This document shows positions 51,782 to 64,000 of a stretch of DNA of 64,000 nt, one piece after another. How positions within the stretch are numbered: the stretch's first letter is position 1; every line of letters begins with the position of its first letter. The DNA comes from Octopus vulgaris (taxonomy: Eukaryota). The DNA is taken from positions 11,346,001 to 11,410,000 of the forward strand of contig OX597828.1 of assembly GCA_951406725.2 (NCBI GenBank). Direction: 5' to 3'. The notes below the pieces were generated by a model, which saw only the letters and a program-made list of their open reading frames with translations, did no database searches and was not told the origin of the DNA. A program made the position numbers and the translations under genes.

Positions 51782-52749
51782 GATGATAATGATATATATA
51801 TATATATATATAAAAGTGAGTTTGGAGGGATATATTATCCGAGCAGATACTGTATTGGCTCTTAGTTAGGTTCCAGTTAATGGCTAACAACAACGATCAG
51901 TATTTAAATGTCTGCGACTATAATTTGTTCTTGGTCATTCCATGAATATTTCCAATGGGTAATTCTGTGTACACTTCCCTGGACAGTAAAAATTGCCTGG
52001 AGTATATATTATTATTAATAAGAGATCATGGAGACTGCAGCAGAAACATATGTAGGTCATTATAATATTCTGTGTGCAACAATAAAATTAATTTTGTGGA
52101 TGTACAAATCTCCATACTCTTCTATTATTAATAATTGGTGAGAATTAACTGAGTGTATATATATATATATATACAATATATATAGAGAGAGGGGAAAGAG
52201 AGAGAGAGAGAGGGAGGGAGAGAGAGCATCAACATTGTTTTTAACATCCACACTTTTCTATGATTGTATGAGTTAGATGGAATTCATTGAGGCAGATTTT
52301 TGATGGCCCAAATGCCCTTCCTGTCACCAACCCTCAAACCCTCGCCTCTTTCCAAACAAGATATCTCCCTTCGGCTGGAAGACTGGAAAACAAACATCAT
52401 CACTTGCATGACACTGAAGCAGGCGTGGCTGTGTGGTAAGATGTTTACTTGCCGTCCATATGGTCTTGGGTTCAGTGCCTTCTACCAAAGACAATAAAAC
52501 TGACCAAAGCTTTGTGAGTAGATTCGGAACACTGAAAGTGAAAGCCCTATAAATATATATATATATGGAGCAGGTAAAATCCAAGCTACATATGTTTCCT
52601 AACTAACAGAACCTTGGAAGCAATAATTACTCAATTAGGGGTATTCCATTAGCATCTCATCAGGCTGAAGATACCTTAGTTAAATGAAGGATACATTGTT
52701 ATCAAGGGATTCCAAGTTAACAGGCAGGAGATTTGATCAAAAAAATCCC

Positions 52750-52780
<31 letters not shown>

Positions 52781-52783
<3 letters not shown>

Positions 52784-53646
52784 GGTGCAATGTATATATT
52801 GTCTTCTAAATTATGCAAAAATGGAAATAACACTGACAAGTCATTTTAACAGATATATTTACCAAAATTACATAAAATTATCTTGAAATACTAAAGAGGA
52901 AATTTATTCAATAAAATCGCTATTGGCTTCAACCACAGCCTCCAGATGACTTCAGAATCTCCTGCAACTCTTCTGGATTGTCTCCTTGTTTAAGTTGGTG
53001 AGTGCTGCCATAATCCTTGCCTTCAGTTCATCTTTGGTGTAACGAGGAGTTTTGTTGGTCTCTCGCTAAACTGTACCCCAAACACAATCAAGGGAATTGC
53101 AGTCTGGGGAGATAGGTGGCCAGATGTTAGGGGTGATGTGGTCACAAAAATTATCTGACAGCCATGACTGGGTTCTCCTGCTTGTGTGGCATAGTGTAGA
53201 GTCTTGTTACCAGACATAGGGTCTTCCAGTTCAGCACTAGCTCCTCCAGGCACTTGATGTAGGCCTTTGTGTTGAATCTGAGGCCGTGTGGAAAAATGAA
53301 TGGAGGCATAACGTTTCCATTACTAGTGATTACTCAAAACACCATAATGTTCACTGAATGTTTGATTTTTATCACTCTCGGTACATGTTTTGGGGACAGT
53401 GCAAACCAATGGTTGTTCTGTGTGTTCACCATCTGTTCCTATTGGCGCTTCCTGCACGAATGCCAAACAGTACAGCATGTCGTTCCCAAATTTCTGGCAG
53501 AGTGAATTGTGTCATGGTGTTGTTTTTCTCACAGATGATGCCCAACTGACCCTACTATACTGTGTAGTCAACAAAATCAAAAACAAACCATGCACATGTG
53601 TGAAATCAAAAGTACAAATTGGTGGCAATTTACCCATCTCACCCGG
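52781..53646 (-). mobile_element. maT-type (DD37D) Tc1/mariner remnant, internally deleted
   Basis: Minus translation IMVF*VITSNGNVMPPFIFPHGLRFNTKAYIKCLEE...YVW*QDSTLCHTSRRTQSWLSDNFCDHITPNIWPPISPDCNSLD gives 37 residues between the last two D. Degenerate termini abut TA repeats. Confidence 0.8.
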
Positions 53647-55666
53647 TATATATATAAATTCAAATATGAAATGAAAGCAACAGTAGTGTAGTAAAACTTA
53701 TCAACTGCATATACTCAATGCATATACTTCATGTATTTGCCAGTAAGCTGCTGTTGGTGTGGTGGAGAATACTCTCTCAAAGCACTAGGTGTAAGAACAC
53801 CTGAGAGTCATGGACAGGTGAGACAACTCACCTCCAATCCCATCTAGGAGCAAAGAACATTGATGTTTCACTATTTTTCTGGCTTGTCAACATCACATAC
53901 CCAGTAGCAGCCTACCGCCAAATGCACGCAATTTATATAGGTTAAGTATATGTGGTTAATAATGTGTGTGTATGTGTATGTATATGTGCAAGTGTGTGTG
54001 TATGTTTGCATGTGTGTGTGTGCAAGTGTGAGTGTGTGTTTTTGTATGTGTGCATGTGTGAGTGTGTGTGTGTTACCAAAACTTTGACTTCAGGTGGTAG
54101 ATGTAAACGAACATAACCGTTGTGCATGCAGTGTCCTTCATTTGCGATCTTCTGTGAAAACACATCTGGTCCTGAAGAATTTTACCTAACATAGGAATAG
54201 GTGAAGGTTGGCAACAGAGAGGCATCAAGCTGTAGAAAAATCTGCTTCTAGAAATTTTGTATGACCCAAGGAAGCATGGAAAAGTGAATGATAATGCTTT
54301 CACAACAATGATAATATGTATACACACACAATTGAATAACTCAAAATATCAGTGTGTGTGGTTTTCGTAGATGCTACCAAGCTGCAATTGTCTTAGTTCC
54401 AACAAACAATATCAGATGAAATTCCTTGCCAAAGAAGTACTAATAAAAAAATTCTAATATCAGATTTTCTACACATTTATACTTTATATTTCTATCCAAC
54501 TCATGCTAGCATGAAAGAAAAATGGATATAAAATGATGATGATTTAACCAAAGGCTATCTCCTGACTTGATACAAAAGCTAAGAGTTAAACTATAGGCAT
54601 TATGGCATGTGTAAGTAACAGCAGAGAGGGAACCAAGATAAAGAAATTGTTCATTCTCTCATTAAATTCAGAAAGAAAGGAAGATTGCAAACATAAGTCT
54701 CATGTTATAGTTTGGATGTTCTTCCTTGGTTGCAACCTCACCGATGAATAGAAATAAAATATATATTTTTTTTTTTGAAAAAGGGGGGAAAAAATTATTA
54801 AATAAATAAACAATAGATAGAAGAAGAAAAAAATAAATTAGATAATTCAGAATATGAACTTGGTAATAAAAAAAAAGGGGGGGGCGGGGGTGAGCTATTG
54901 CAGTAGTGGTGATAGGGGCAGTAGAGGGGCTTCAGAAGAAAAGAATCTGTGTATAGCTGATACAATCATAGGAACTGCTGAGTAAATTAAAACTAAAATG
55001 ATTAAATAAACTTACAACTACGACTAGATAGGAACTCTGCCAGATCTTCAAACGTTCTTGTTGAAATATTTATAAAACATCTAATAAAATATCTCATTTT
55101 CCAGAAAGTTATTCTAGATTAAAATTTCGACCTTTAGCAATGACACCTCTACATCAAACTTAGAGATCAAATTGTTGAAATGAATTAAAATTCTAAGATG
55201 GTTTAGGGTGAGCTTGCTTAAGAAATACACACACAAACACACACACAAAAAAAAAGAAAGAAAAAAAGAGTTCAATAAATAATTACTATCGCTATCTATG
55301 CTGTGACTACAACTACAACTGTACTGCCCGTCCTCACTCTATTGACGAATCCTCTCCAAATAAATAGATGAATAAATAAAAGAAAGCATCAAGCTGGTGG
55401 TACGCAAGGTAATTACGAAGGGGAAGAAAACTGATCTGAAGAGCCCATCTATCTAATCTGATGCCACAGTAACCAACCGAAATGCGGCATCAAACTAAAC
55501 GAGGGACAGAAACTGGGTGACCGAAACTATTCAAACTACTTCCTAATATGGTTATTGTTTCCTGTGTTACGCAGCAACATGGTGGCAGCTTTAGTTTTAG
55601 TAGACCACCACCGAAATCCGTAAACAGTATCATCAACACCATCAACGTAAGTACTACCAGTCAAAA

Positions 55667-55839
55667 ATGATAATGATGATGATGATGATGATACTGACGA
55701 CGATGACAATGATGATAAGGATGATGATAATGATGATGATGCCAATGCTACAGATGATTGCAGTTATGGTTATGATGAAGATAATGATGATAATAGGGAG
55801 GATATCAGGTACTGGTGGAGGTTATGATCACAATAATAG

Positions 55840-55871
<32 letters not shown>

Positions 55872-56300
55872 GCACAAATGATGGTGGTGGTAGTAGTTAT
55901 GGTTATGATGAAGATAATGATGATGATGATGGTGGAGTGGTGGGGGTGGTATCAGAAGCTGGTGGAGGTTATGATCACGATAATAGTGATGATGATGACG
56001 CCAATGGTGGTGGTGGTGGTGGTGGTGGTTGTAGTTATGGTTATGATGGTGGAGTGGTGGGGGTGGTATTAGAAGCTAGTGGAGACTATGGTCATGATAA
56101 TAGTGATGATGATGGTGGTGGTGGTGCCAATGGTGTTGGTGGTTGTAGTTATGGTTATGATGAAGATAATGATGATGATGATGATGGTGGAGTGGTGTGG
56201 GGTGGTATCGGAAGCTGGTGGAGGTTATGATCACGATAATAGTAGTGAAGATGAAGATGATGAAAATTATAATATTGATGAGGTGGAGAATATTCATTAT
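55667..56300. repeat. (GAT)/(GGT) compound repeat with higher-order unit of about 120 bp
   Basis: GGTGGAGGTTATGATCAC.ATAATAGT and GTAGTTATGGTTATGAT each recur about 4 times. Confidence 0.8.
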
Positions 56301-56715
56301 TAAGTTTATTTGATAATTAGTACCTTCTGGAACTTTCTATGACTAATGACAGAAACACAAGCGAACACACATGTTTGTGTGATTGCCTTGTGTATGTATA
56401 TACATGTATGCACGCAAGTGTGTGTGTGTGCTTGTATATATATGTATATACACACAGGGAGAGAGACAATGGATGGGGTAAGAAGAAAGAGATAGAGAAA
56501 GTATTAGAGATAAGATGCAAGATCAAAAAGGAGAAACAGGTTGAGGTAAAGTGTGAAAAGGGGCAAGATAAAATGGGATTAGGCATGGGAAAGTCCTTAA
56601 ACAAACAGACAAACAAAAAAAGAAAGAAAGAAAATGGGATCAAGAAACTACAAATTAATTGAAGATAGTGAAATGGAAGAGGTACAACAGACACAAGTAA
56701 ATGCTCAGAACTTAC

Positions 56716-56911
56716 AGTTTTGTCTCCTTTAGGTGGAATAATTAAAGCAATGAACTTGAGGTCAAACAGAAGCTGAAGGGCCCTTTGTTGATTAAGAGCC
56801 AATGTGTCAGGAGTAAGTGGCAAATGTTTGGTATGTGTGTTCTTCAAGAGATGTTCATAGCAGTCAAGAACTCCATCAAATATTTGTTGTACCATATCTT
56901 GTAGAACTTGT
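56716..56911 (-). CDS. COG1: COG1 internal exon (first COG1 exon found in window)
   Basis: Acceptor ttttag|A and donor ACT|gtaag; 196 nt, phase 2 to 0. Peptide QVLQDMVQQIFDGVLDCYEHLL...NQQRALQLLFDLKFIALIIPPKGDKT matches the COG1 motif QxRALQLLxDLxY/F as I recall it. Confidence 0.9.
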
Positions 56912-57234
56912 CTAAAACACAAGAGAAAAAAAAAAAGCATATGTAAAAATCCCTCTTAATTGTAGATCTGATGAAATTAAATTCAAGAAAATAAGTAGCA
57001 AGCTGAAAAATAAAATAAGTATTGTGTTGATATAATTATTCAAACAAATGTTTCTCAAAGTTGATTCCAATGAACCAATGTGTTCTGTGTAAAAAGCCTT
57101 GGTATTCTGTGGGATAAAATGGTTTTTGATAAAATTTAATAAAAATATTTTTAGGATGAAGGATAAATTTACCCATGGCGATATTTGAAAGTGCACACCG
57201 CACCATAATGAGATGGAATAGCATTTTTGGAAAG

Positions 57235-57622
57235 CATGGCTGGGTGGTAAGTAGCTGGCTTACCAACCACATGGTTCCAAATTCAGTCCCACTGCATGGC
57301 ACCTTGGACAAGTGTTTTCTATTATAATCTCAGGCTAACCAAAGCCTTGTGAGTGGATTTGGTAGATAGAAACTGAAAGAATCCTGTTGTATATATGTAT
57401 GTGTGTGTGTGTGTCTGTGCATCTGTGTTTGTCCCTCCAACATCACTTGACGACCGATGCTGGTGTGTTTACATCTTCATAGCTTAGCAGTTCAGCAAAA
57501 GAGACTGATAGAATAAGTACTAGGCTTACAAAGAATAAGTTCTGGGGTCGACTTGGTCGTCTAAAGGCGGTGTTCCAGCATGGCTGCAGTCAAATGACTA
57601 AAACAAGTAAAACAATAAAAGA
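57235..57622 (+). mobile_element. SINE-A
   Basis: Full-length copy. Confidence 0.85.
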
Positions 57623-57709
57623 ATATAGTCTCAGGCCTTGTGTGTGGATTTGGTCAATGGAAACTGAAAGAAGCTTGTCCTGTGTGTTTGTGTCTTTGTG
57701 CCCATGTTT

Positions 57710-57868
57710 TAAGTACCAGTATGCAACTGATACTTAATTAATCGACCCCCGAAAGGATGAAAAGCGAAGTTGACCTCGGCGGAATTTGAACTCGGGGAAT
57801 GTAAAGACAGACAAAATACTGCCAAGCATTTCGCACAGTGTGTTAACATTTCTGCCAGCTCGCCGCCT
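57710..57868 (-). mobile_element. SINE-B
   Basis: CGACCCCCGAAAGGATGAAA...GGAATTTGAACTC...CTGCCAGCTCGCCGCCTT. Confidence 0.75.
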
Positions 57869-58493
57869 TGAATTACAAATATGAACAAAACAAGGCAAAA
57901 ATAGTAGAACTATAAATGACAAAAGACAATGAAGTACAAAAGCAATGTATTTAATGTTATGGGGGCAAAGAAATGCTGGATTAGAAGAAAAAAAACAAAT
58001 ACAACAAGTAGTAAAAGGTAGCAAATGAGGTAACTCTCACATTTTCATGGGTCCTTTGCTGAATGTGCTGTAAGTAAACGTGAAAGCATCTCTTTTGATA
58101 ACAGGCAACGGGGATTCAGTTGTTTGATTAACTGAACACCATATTCCGTGGATTGACAAGTAAGTGGCTGAATATTCCACAGACATATAAAACTTTAATG
58201 TAATTCTCAAGCAGAGTGAATATGACGCAGTATGTTACAAGGTGGTACCTTTAAATTACAGGTACCATCCATCCATCTGGCTTCCTCATAGTCCTCCCCC
58301 CCCACCTAGCATCACTAACAATTTTTGCGTCAACCTGAGGCTATAGTAAAAGTCAATTACCCAAGATGCCACACAGCGGGATTGAACTTGTGACCTCATA
58401 ATTGCAAAGTGAACTTATTAACCCTTCAGCCCTGATGCTTTGTTATTATCACACAATAATGCCTTCCACTCTTATGAAGAACAGATTATTTAA

Positions 58494-58686
58494 TCCTTTT
58501 GATACCAACCAGTCAGTGACCATCACTGGTTCTACAATACACAGTTTCTATTCAAATTTTATGTTCATTTATGTTCTAAATACCAGCTTCATAACGACCA
58601 AGTTACTGTACTAAATTCATTTTCAAAATTAATTGATAATTGAAACAAACGTAGTGTATTTCAAGTTGAATGTAGTAACAAAAGGG
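58494..58686. mobile_element. piggyBac-type MITE family 1 (opposite orientation)
   Basis: TTAA|TCCTTTTGATAC ... GTAACAAAAGGG|TTAA; interior resembles the reverse complement of 21265-21486. Confidence 0.7.
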
Positions 58687-59578
58687 TTAAGGTTTACCCA
58701 ATACCCAGAATACTTCTGAGGCCCAATGCATTCTAAATTAAATGCTTGCAAGCTATGAATTCTGATTCAGCACTTGCGCCAAAGCTATAGAACTATACCG
58801 CATTCAACTTTTGTGAAATACTATTTGTTTTAGCCTGATTCAATATCCAGAATACATTTGAGATCCAATGCACTTTAAATTAAGCAAATTACAATAATCA
58901 AATTGAATGATAATGGTAAACGAGCAGACTGACAGCATTTTTTTTGTGGGATGCTAATTAATATAGTTGTTGTTCTACTTCTCTATTTCTATGCATTAAG
59001 CTTCATCATAACAATAATTCAGCTTTATCATAATTATTCTCTTAAATAAGATCAGCAGAACAAATCAGATTATTACTAATATGTTATAGACATGGAAATA
59101 CCAGCCATCCCCCATCAATGCAAATCTTCACACAACATGCTATTGTGTACAGATTCTACTTTAACCTCAGGCTGTTAAGTAAAACTATAGCACAAGCAAT
59201 ATACAATCACATCTCAACAACAGGACACAAAGACAAATTCACATTATACCAGGACTGGATATATCAGGGGAGATTATTTAACTGGTACATCTTTAAGAAA
59301 TAACGCTGTATATTGGCAATTTTTCATAATGTAACATTTAAGCTATTCTGGGGCTTTGGTTGAAAAGGAAATCACGATCTATAGAAGTAGGGTCCGTGTA
59401 TTCAAATTTGCCACATAATTTATTACATCTAAGCTTTTGTCTTCCAGGGTTAATCTGCTATAAAGACAGGCTTCTCAATCTAGAAAAGCAAACACTAAAA
59501 AGGCATTAATGCCTGATAAACTATATTGTGACATATCTATATATTAGTAACAGAGGCAGTATGAATAATGTTTATCCT

Positions 59579-60056
59579 CACTTAAATGGGGGTGTTCTGT
59601 TAGAACAAACTTTACTGTGGTGGATACTATGAAAAAAATCTCTCACATTGGCTTCTCTTCTGATGCAAAATGCACACTTGTTTATATTGTTAGTGGGGGA
59701 GATAAATCCCCACCATATCCAGTACTGAGACCACCAGATCGCATGATTTTGACCTTCCTTTGTCTTGTCAATGATGGACACTTGATCACTAGAGACAGCA
59801 GTGATTCATCTTACCACCAGCCATATATAGAAAACCAGAACAGGCACTGGTGTCACTACTAGCCAGTGAACTTGTTAAAATATATATTATAGTGACAGAA
59901 ATATATATTAGTGACAGTATTAATACCAAGAAGTGATATTTATTTCCACTGAAATGTGGATGGCCTGGGGACGAATATTAAACATGGATGTTAAGTGAGA
60001 ATTTCTCTTATGACATCAGTAAAGGTTTGTTCTAACAGAACAACCATGTTTAAGTG
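59579..60056. mobile_element. MITE with about 40-bp TIRs
   Basis: CACTTAAATGGGGGTGTTCTGTTAGAACAAACTTTACTG versus CAGTAAAGGTTTGTTCTAACAGAACAACCATGTTTAAGTG. Confidence 0.7.
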
Positions 60057-60399
60057 TAGATAAATATTACCTCTCTGTAACATATCTACATTCAATTTAT
60101 AATCTAATAGATCTAGTAGAGTTTAAACAAAAGACAGGTATGGGCAGTGAGGTTAAGAAGTATGCATCTCAACCACATGGTTTTGGTTTCAGTCCCGTGT
60201 TGGAGATAGAATGCCAAAGGTAAGATTAAGATTGGCACTTCATGGGAAGTGAAAGCCTGGATGGCCAGTAACATGTGGCACAGAACAGGCGAAGATGAGC
60301 TGAATGAAGTATATCTTACATAGAGCAAGGCACAGAGAATTCCAAAAGACCAATCTGAATGGTGTTGGATCATCCATGTCTAATTTCTCAGTAGGGAAG

Positions 60400-60812
60400 G
60401 AGGTGATTCCACCACAATGCCTAGTTCTTGTGGTTTGGTTGCTTGTATGCCTCAAAGACCCTGAGACTATGCCAGTGGAGCACAAGCTCTCGGTAGAGCC
60501 TCCTATGCTAGACAGGTCAAATGGCAGGCGCTAATCTAATAGAGACCACCAAATCCCAGAGGTAAAATTGGGTTTGTGTAGGGGTCAACAAGTCTACCTG
60601 GAAGAAGTCGAGTTACAAAAACATAGAAGACAATTCAAAACTAACAAAGCCGGCTCTTAAGAAAACATGACATGGCATAGCAAAATTTGAAAGGAAGCTT
60701 CATGGAAAAGTATGGATCCAACTTGAGAGAGAAGTAGAAATGGCCCAGAGTCAAGGAGAGTGGGTAAAAGTCATCATTGGCTTATAGTTCATAGGGAATG
60801 AAGGGCATAAGA
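60400..60812 (+). mobile_element. Degenerate, internally deleted RTE-like LINE
   Basis: GACCCTGAGACTATGCCAG...GACAGGTCAAA resembles RTE 5' UTRs and is followed by a decayed AQ..EW..VIIGL C-terminal remnant. Confidence 0.4.
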
Positions 60813-61635
60813 AAAGTCTAGGGAAGGGGGAAATTACAAATTAAATGATATAAACCAAAAAAGACAAAACAAAAACAATGTATCGTCGATTTGAAGAATA
60901 AAATCTAGGTAAATTCAGCAATATATATTTCTTTACTGCCCACAACGGGCTAAACATAGAGGGGACAAACAAGGACAGACAAAGGGAGTAAGTCGATTAC
61001 ATCGACCCCAGTGCGAAACTGGTACTGTATTTATCGACTCCAGAAGGATGAAAGGCAAAGTCGACCAGGTTTAAGATTTGCAGTTTTAGCCATTCGCTTG
61101 CAAAATAACAACTAATGCTTCTGGAAAGGCTATGACCATTACAGATCTTGATATTTTCCCCTCCATCTAAGAAATATAAATGTGTGTGTATGGTGGGGGT
61201 ATGAACGAGGGTGTGTCTGTAAATGTGTGATGCAGATGTGTGAATATCGTGTGTGTGTGTGTGTGTGTGAGTGTGTGTGTGTAAGAAATCAACATTAAGC
61301 TGAAAGCTAGAGTCATAAATCTAAACTCCAATATCTTCAAACTTTTTCCAATGATCCCTGCCCATCACCATACACCTTCGTACAACCAACAGAGAAATAA
61401 AGAAGGTAGGAAGGAAGGAAGGAAGGAAGGAAGGAAGGAAAGGAAAGAAGGAAGGAAGGTAGTAATAATGCACTTAGAGAATTGTACTAACCCAAACTAC
61501 AGCATGATGAGACAAGAGAATGTAACATGATGTATGTGATATTGTAATATATTTTTTTTTTGAGAGAAAGGAAGAAAAATGGAGAGAGACAGAAAACAAT
61601 ACACAGAAAAAAAAACAGAGAGAAAAGTGATATAC

Positions 61636-61667
<32 letters not shown>

Positions 61668-61784
61668 AATACAGGGATGGAGAGAAAGAGAAACTTGCCA
61701 ATCAACTAATCAGAACAGGCAGTAAAGTATGACAGCCAGTGAGCAATTGAGTACTTTGCCTGGATTGCAGATAACAAGGAAGGA

Positions 61785-61864
<80 letters not shown>

Positions 61865-62331
61865 CGGACAGACAGACAGATAGACAGAGAAACAAAGATG
61901 ATGGAATACTGATTCATCATCATATCAGGGGGCTGGGGGTGATATTGCTGTGTCCAGTCACTGGAGATAAATTTACAAGGATTGCTATTAGTGTCCACTA
62001 TCAAACTGCTGCCCTCACTGGCACAATTCATTTTTTTTGTTTTTTTGTTTTCCTTTCTCCTTCCACTTTCTCAGGGATTTTGTCACCAGTTGACATTATA
62101 GCAGACCTGCCAGTGCTGCACTCTAAAATTACTATCATATTTATGGAACATCCATCATGTCTAAATGATAACAACCTCTTTTTGCTTGTTTCACTGTAAT
62201 AGATACACAGGAACATAAATATAAATGTATGTTATGCATGTATGTGTACACCCACCCACACACACACGTATATTTATACATATATACATATAAATATACA
62301 CACTCTACACACACACATACATATACATGTG

Positions 62332-62366
<35 letters not shown>

Positions 62367-62487
62367 CCACCCATGCTAGCATGGAAGACAGACCTTAAAT
62401 GATGACGATGATGGTGATAATGATACACACACATACATATATTTATATATATATATGTATGCATGCATATATGCATGTATGTACAGG

Positions 62488-62540
<53 letters not shown>

Positions 62541-64000
62541 TATATATAAAATAAAAATATACATATGCTCACTCTTTTAGTTCCGCTTTTGCTGGTTGCA
62601 TCACCTTAACTATATATATATATCATCATCGTTTAACATCCGCTTTCCATGCTAGCATGGCTTGGATAATTTGACTGAGGTCTGGCGAACCAGATGGGTG
62701 CACTAGGCTCCAATCTGATCTTGCAGATATATATATATATATCAACTATATGGATCTGCAGTGGTTTCAGTGGTAAGTAATCAATTGTTCAGTTAAGTGA
62801 ACTATACACTCACATTGGCTCAGCATACAATCAGATGAGTATTTCTGGGCCAGGTCTACTGTCTGTGCAGTCTTACAACAGAATCAATATGACAATGTGT
62901 GTAACAATGTTGGACCATTTATCTAATAAGCACCATTTATCCTCTGGGCTTCCACACATGTTCTTGCAACCTATTTTCATTCACAGGACTCAAGTTAATT
63001 GGAGGCTATAACAACAACAAAAAAAAAAGCTTCCAAGTGATGTCACATGCTGGGATTGAACCTGGAGTTTCATGACTATAAAGTAAACTTTTTTTAAACT
63101 TTTTAACCATGATGGCTGAATATGCATGCACATACACACAAATGTGGATATACAAAATTTGCATCTATCAATGGAGGCCTTTATAGAGATAACAGACTTT
63201 GGATCCAGAACCCCATGCACTAATTCAGAAAAGAAAAGTAAAAAGATAAAAAGAAAGCCTCATTTCTTTATTGAAACAATTCAATTTACTTCTATGGAAT
63301 AGACTTTGCAGATGTCAACTGAAGCGTTACCAACTTGCTTTACAAAGAAATCAAGGGAAGCTTCAGATGGTACAAATCCTTAATCCAACACACAATCCAC
63401 CAACCAACCAACCAACCAGCCAATCATTATTAAAAATGACCCCAGTAACACTTTTAGATTCATCCAATTCTGCTTCAACTAAAGAAAATAATAATAATAA
63501 TAATTATTATAATCATAATACTAAACATCCACATCTACAACATGTTTTACAATGCTATAGTTTAAAAGATAAAAATACATACATTAAAATTGACAATAAT
63601 TCTAAATGCTTCTAAACATAACATATATGAAAAGCATCTGGTATGACCCACCTTTAACCTACAGGTAGCTACACCAATAGCCCTAACCTACCTAAACTTA
63701 GTTAGAAAAACCACTTCCCTACACAACGTTACTCTTATTCCACATTTCCCAACTTTTACCACTGTTCTAATAATTTTTGACAGAATCTTCCGCTCAGTAT
63801 AGACATATCAGCCTCTGCATCCTAGTTTTCAGCTTTTTGCCAGGGTGTGTAACAGATCTGATGAGCTTAGCTTTCTTTATAAACATTAATTTGTGAATAA
63901 ACAATTGTATTGTATAACACTGAATACACATTAATACAAACATGCAAGCATAATTCCTTGCATACTGATATTAACACTACACGAAGAAAGCTGCAAAACA

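Noticed and set aside
55425-55530. CTGAAGAGCCCA ... TGGGTGACCGAAAC as a hammerhead
   Set aside because: Stem II does not abut GAAA and no stem I or III pairing was found.
56912-64000. Next upstream COG1 exon
   Set aside because: No segment with the expected ...GGH.LP-type motif and a phase-2 donor was found; it probably lies beyond the window.

Overview
AT-rich, microsatellite-saturated animal genomic DNA. The repeat complement (tRNA-derived SINEs with (AT)n/(GT)n/(AAT)n/(GAT)n tails) is typical of an Octopus genome; this is an inference. The only host gene I can support is the 3' part of COG1 (conserved oligomeric Golgi complex subunit 1) on the minus strand: four GT-AG exons at 56716-56911, 50713-50838, 33549-33749 and 19396-19548 (stop), with upstream exons not found in the window. 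The rest is intron or intergenic DNA filled with mobile elements: a full-length but frameshifted IR/DR-type Tc1 (DD34E), a maT-type (DD37D) remnant, a decayed Penelope-like retroelement (RT + GIY-YIG), RTE LINE fragments, four SINE families, piggyBac- and hAT-type MITEs and a non-autonomous Helitron. Nearly all ORFs in the supplied track are microsatellite or SINE artefacts. Most notable: (i) several hammerhead-ribozyme-like motifs, including a tRNA-headed element carrying a hammerhead core in a head-to-head palindrome at 29.1-29.5 kb; (ii) a near-identical inverted duplication bracketing a symmetric COG1 exon; (iii) SINE-derived tandem arrays, one just past the COG1 stop codon. Repeat boundaries were read by eye and are approximate unless TIRs or TSDs are quoted.
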